A DNA stretch of 64,000 bases, taken from positions 264,178-328,177 of the forward strand of contig JALHPE010000001.1 in assembly GCA_022842645.1 (NCBI GenBank), written 5' to 3'. Below, piece by piece: positions 62,052-64,000 of the stretch; the stretch's first letter is position 1, and each line of letters opens with the position of its first letter. The DNA comes from Minisyncoccota bacterium (GTDB taxonomy: Bacteria > Patescibacteriota > Minisyncoccia > Phycocordibacterales > UBA2100). Both the position numbers and the translations under genes were made by a program. The notes below the pieces were generated by a model. The model saw only the letters and a list, made by a program, of their open reading frames with translations, was not told the DNA's origin and searched no databases.

Positions 62052-63029
62052 GTGGACACAGCTATACTTACGCACATGCTCCAGGCAGGTGGTAACTATA
62101 ATGACATGATCGGGACGGGAGATCCTACGCCCGTATCTGTAGAGCCGGCACAAGAAGCAAAGGAATCGTGGGTGCATCGCCATCCCTTGCTCGCAGGAAC
62201 AATCGCCCTAAGCGGACTCATTGTCCTCGGTGGAGCAATTGTGCTCCAGCGCATGGGCGTAACTCCTGCGCCACAAAGCGGATCGTGGGGTGGGGCAGGT
62301 GGGGCATTTTTTAGCACCGTCCGAAATGCCACCCCCGTTCGCCCCGCTTCAGGGAGCGCGCCAACCACACCAACCGAAGATTATGCAGTTATTCCCATAT
62401 TTGATACCACGATTTCTGAGGATACCACTGAGGTTCCCGAAGGCTTAAACGAGCTTCTTGCACTCCTTGTGCAACCAAAAACCGACGTCGACATAAACGC
62501 ACCGGAAACGCCCGATGCCTACTCATTTATTCCTCAAGGGCTCGTCAGTGCTGAAAAACCCGAAAAACCACGTACACAGACACAAAATTCCCTGCATTCT
62601 TTTGGAAACGCAGTTGGTACGCTCGTGAAGCCTTTCGAGGAAAGTGCACGCATAAACGCTCAAACACTGAAAAATCACGCCGAAGACCGTTCTGACCCAG
62701 AAAAAATGGCACAGGTAGAGGCCCTTGCATTTACACTTGCACAGCTCGGTGTGGATATTCTTGGCATCGCCGATATTCCCGAGAGCGCACGCGCAGCGCA
62801 TAAAGAATACGGCACCGCCTATCGCATTCTCGGCACACAACTTGCTGCACTTTCAAAAGCGAAGACCGATGAAGAATTCCTGAGTGCAATCGTCGACTAC
62901 AACACTGCCGTTGAGGAGCTCACCAAGAAGTTCCTTATGCTTGTTGCCATCTTTAATGCAAATAATGTCACGTTCTCATCGTCAGACCCAGGAAGTATTT
63001 TTATGTTTTCCGGCACTGCTGGTCTCTAG
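62052..63029 (+). CDS. hypothetical membrane/secreted protein (325 aa)
   Basis: One N-terminal TM helix (LLAGTIALSGLIVLGGAIVL), Pro/Thr-rich linker, C-terminal helical region. Confidence 0.5.
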   Translation: MDTAILTHMLQAGGNYNDMIGTGDPTPVSVEPAQEAKESWVHRHPLLAGTIALSGLIVLGGAIVLQRMGVTPAPQSGSWGGAGGAFFSTVRNATPVRPASGSAPTTPTEDYAVIPIFDTTISEDTTEVPEGLNELLALLVQPKTDVDINAPETPDAYSFIPQGLVSAEKPEKPRTQTQNSLHSFGNAVGTLVKPFEESARINAQTLKNHAEDRSDPEKMAQVEALAFTLAQLGVDILGIADIPESARAAHKEYGTAYRILGTQLAALSKAKTDEEFLSAIVDYNTAVEELTKKFLMLVAIFNANNVTFSSSDPGSIFMFSGTAGL

Positions 63030-63056
63030 AACCTTAGAGCGCGTTATACTAAGAAA

Positions 63057-63905
63057 ATGAACAAGCGTCTCTCGCGCGGTGCTTCTCCTATAGCCGTTGC
63101 GGCAGCTCTTTCTGTTGCGATGCTTATCGCCGCGCTTGGCTCAGAACTTGGAGAACGTATGCGCACAAAGCCTGTGCCTGAAACTCCCACACCCTCAGAG
63201 GCGCGCGAGTATGTACCCATCGCGGACGCCGACAAGGATGGTATAGCAGACTGGCAAGAAGAGCTTTTAGGAGAAACTGCTTCTTCTACGGGAACATCAT
63301 CTCCCTCAGCTCCGACTGACCCCGTAGAAAATTTTGGTGGCGCAGTCATGCAATCCCTCGTTTCGGGCTATCTTTCGCTCAAAGAGCACAATCAATATAC
63401 GCCCGAGAGGGGAGAGCTTCTTGCGGAACGCCTTGCAACACAGATAAAAGCACCTGTTATCTTCGTGCCGCACACCGAATCCGAACTCACCCTCGTTGTG
63501 GATACGGGCGAGGCGCAACTCCTACGCTACCGCTCCGATATGCGCGCAGCTCTTGCGCCGATGGTGGATCTTTCTGCCGAGCCAGAGTTCTCGCTCTACG
63601 CACGTTATATTGCGACAAACGACACAGCGTGGCTCGATCAACTGTCCGAAACTGCTGCACGCTATCGCACCGCCGAATCCGCTGTGCTTAAAGTGGAAGT
63701 TCCCATGAGTGCGAAAGACGTACATTTGCGCGCAGTGAATGCGCTCGGTAAATACACAGAAACCCTCGAGCGACTTGTCCGCTTTGCAAATGACCCAATC
63801 GCCTCCTTAGCACTTTTGAGAACGTATAATGAAGATGAGCGAGAATTCCTTCTCGCGTTTGATGCATTGGCGAAATTTTATGTTGCAAACATCAAGGGAA
63901 ACTAA
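63057..63905 (+). CDS. hypothetical secreted protein (282 aa)
   Basis: Signal/anchor sequence (IAVAAALSVAMLIAALG). ORF only. Confidence 0.5.
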   Translation: MNKRLSRGASPIAVAAALSVAMLIAALGSELGERMRTKPVPETPTPSEAREYVPIADADKDGIADWQEELLGETASSTGTSSPSAPTDPVENFGGAVMQSLVSGYLSLKEHNQYTPERGELLAERLATQIKAPVIFVPHTESELTLVVDTGEAQLLRYRSDMRAALAPMVDLSAEPEFSLYARYIATNDTAWLDQLSETAARYRTAESAVLKVEVPMSAKDVHLRAVNALGKYTETLERLVRFANDPIASLALLRTYNEDEREFLLAFDALAKFYVANIKGN

Positions 63906-64000
63906 TTTCTTTTTGTGCATTTTGCTTGTGTTTTTAACTTTAGTCTGTGTGCTTTCTGCCAGTCCGCGACAGGTAAATGCCCAAGTCACTGACAACGCCA

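Overview
This 64 kb window is a chromosomal segment dominated by housekeeping genes, with a large type IV pilus / competence gene set, many secreted hypothetical proteins and four tRNAs. Most genes are on the minus strand in the first half and the plus strand in the second half.

Housekeeping genes identified: ung, rpsL-rpsG, rpmB, sodA, mscL, rnhA, recJ, pgk-tpiA, nusA, ppa, tig, clpP, rny, hup, cca, xth, xerC-like, rarA, rpsO, pnp, comM/yifB, pcrA/uvrD, rsmA.

The gene content looks like a reduced-genome, possibly Patescibacteria/CPR-like bacterium, but that is inference only. The signals for it are: no Shine-Dalgarno on most housekeeping genes, -10-like hexamers lying 7-9 nt upstream of start codons, many small secreted proteins, and a split ComEC.

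The most unusual things found by reading the sequence:
1. A family of 3 (plus a partial 4th) paralogous structured RNA-like elements of about 130 nt. Each has its own intrinsic terminator, and one hairpin shows compensatory base changes between copies. They sit at 43449-43576 and in tandem at 61351-61717.
2. Heptanucleotide tandem repeats (CTACAAA x4 and CTACACA x4) inside the leader-peptide coding region of two type IV pilin-like genes, with inverted copies just upstream. A related TACAAGC repeat sits in the 5' region of a sugar nucleotidyltransferase gene. This is a classic slipped-strand phase-variation signature.
3. A three-gene cassette (231-aa unknown protein, E1-like ThiF/MoeB enzyme, 48-aa peptide ORF) with strong SD sequences, followed by an intrinsic terminator and lying between mscL and comEC.
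4. An AT-rich gene of unknown function, with an Rx6H HEPN-like motif, inserted antisense between tig and clpP with overlapping stop codons.
5. Three adjacent paralogous secreted proteins with coiled-coil plus peptidoglycan-binding N-termini and different C-terminal modules (8x Cys repeat, PKD plus Kazal-like, PKD).
6. A conserved G-poor CCTAAAACC/TAGCCCCTAACACC leader motif upstream of rpsG, nusA and ppa.

No CRISPR array, reverse transcriptase, transposase or rRNA was seen.
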